Below are positions 63,399-64,000 of a stretch of 64,000 nt of DNA, piece by piece; the first letter of the stretch is position 1, and the number at the start of each line of letters is the position of its first letter. Both the position numbers and the translations under genes were made by a program. The notes beneath the pieces were generated by a model. It did not search any database. It worked only from the letters and a program-made list of their open reading frames with translations, and was not told where the DNA came from. The DNA is from Saprospiraceae bacterium (GTDB lineage Bacteria > Bacteroidota > Bacteroidia > Chitinophagales > Saprospiraceae), in NCBI GenBank assembly GCA_034520175.1, contig JAXHNU010000028.1, positions 74,252 to 138,251 of the forward strand, given 5' to 3'.

Positions 63399-64000
63399 AT
63401 GGATTTCTACGAGAACACACACAACCCAGAAGAAATTAAGGCTAAAACAAAGACCCGCAGTGCCGAATGGCTCAAAGAATTGGAGGTACAAAGTTGGCAA
63501 GCCGAGTTGGTTATGTCGGGACTCATCATTACAGGCTTGTTTCAGATGCCCGACCTGTTCATCAAATGGGTAAGCTCTTCGATTATTCAATCGGGTGAAA
63601 TCGAATTTTCGTTTTTGAATATGGCGAGTCTTTTTTTTTTGGTGGGCATTGATTGCTTGATTATTTTTTTTGGCATTCATCTCCTTTTTCGAGGTATTTG
63701 GATTGCCTTGTTGGGGCTAAATTCGGTTTATCCAAACGGTATTGACGTACAATCTAAAAAAGGGTTGGGCGAAAAATACTGGGAAAAAGCGAAAGAAAAG
63801 TACCCTGATTTGACGGCGTACAATGTGGAATTAGATGCCAATTGCAGTTTGTTTTTTTCGATGGCGACGCTCATTATTATTATGGCTAGTTCTATCTCGC
63901 TCATCATTTTAGCGTTTTATCAATTTTTCCGATTCTTAATGTCTTATTTTCCGATTCTCAGCGATTATATATTACCAATTGGTGCTGGTGCATACCTGAT
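63399..64000 (+). CDS. hypothetical membrane protein (partial; continues beyond window end)
   Basis: Own translation from the ATG at 63399: MDFYENTHNPEEIKAKTKTRSAEWLKELEVQSWQAELVMSGLIITGLFQ... It is open to base 64000 and has several hydrophobic helices. Confidence 0.55.
   Translation, partial: MDFYENTHNPEEIKAKTKTRSAEWLKELEVQSWQAELVMSGLIITGLFQMPDLFIKWVSSSIIQSGEIEFSFLNMASLFFLVGIDCLIIFFGIHLLFRGIWIALLGLNSVYPNGIDVQSKKGLGEKYWEKAKEKYPDLTAYNVELDANCSLFFSMATLIIIMASSISLIILAFYQFFRFLMSYFPILSDYILPIGAGAYL

Overview
This 64-kb chromosomal window looks like a Bacteroidota genome: a 287-aa primary sigma factor, TAnnTTTG-type -7 boxes, an Rpn/PD-(D/E)XK family gene, MerTP + GDCCVxC, and many DUF and outer-membrane genes. 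All protein calls come from motifs read in the supplied translations, and all repeat and motif counts were made by eye. No search or alignment tool was used.

Gene content in order:
- Partial TonB-dependent receptor, bioB, tpiA, enoyl-CoA hydratase, UbiA prenyltransferase, rpoD, rtcB.
- A GNAT / alkB / fpg-nei / photolyase neighbourhood, then an SDR and a YceI gene.
- A metal/metalloid accessory block: a truncated merTP copy, an Rpn gene, an arsR-merTP-GDCCVxC cassette, AraC + VOC, arsR-metallophosphoesterase-DUF2490, two paralogous membrane proteins, a cation/H+ antiporter, PAP2, DUF2911, a class-V PLP enzyme, and DUF6428-arsC-MIP channel.
- DoxX / YceI / Crp.
- A decaying type IC restriction-modification locus: hsdM intact, hsdS full of frameshifts, hsdR with one frameshift.
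- NUDIX and SulP.
- A low-GC AbiL-like islet (AAA ATPase + broken RloB) bounded by 49-bp direct repeats.
- A type III PKS / methyltransferase / FAD-oxidoreductase / UbiA cluster, interrupted by a HEPN/MNT pair.
- Crp + membrane protein, DUF1569, SRPBCC, S41 peptidase, a DUF2268-like protease, a TonB-dependent receptor with an in-frame TGA, and a lipoprotein.

I saw no rRNA, tRNA or CRISPR array.

Two DNA-level signals that the genes do not explain dominate the window:
1. An asymmetric word, AAATACTGAGGGG(G)T. There are at least 40 exact copies of the 10-mer core. They lie inside genes in every frame and orientation, and they punctuate nearly every gene boundary in two accessory stretches. This resembles an uptake-signal, polar-motif or recombination-site system, and I do not know it as a described one.
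2. A modular family of nested-palindrome MITE/REP-like elements: about 27 copies, roughly 4 kb in total. Six copies carry perfect 8-bp target-site duplications, and several supply the stop codons of neighbouring genes.
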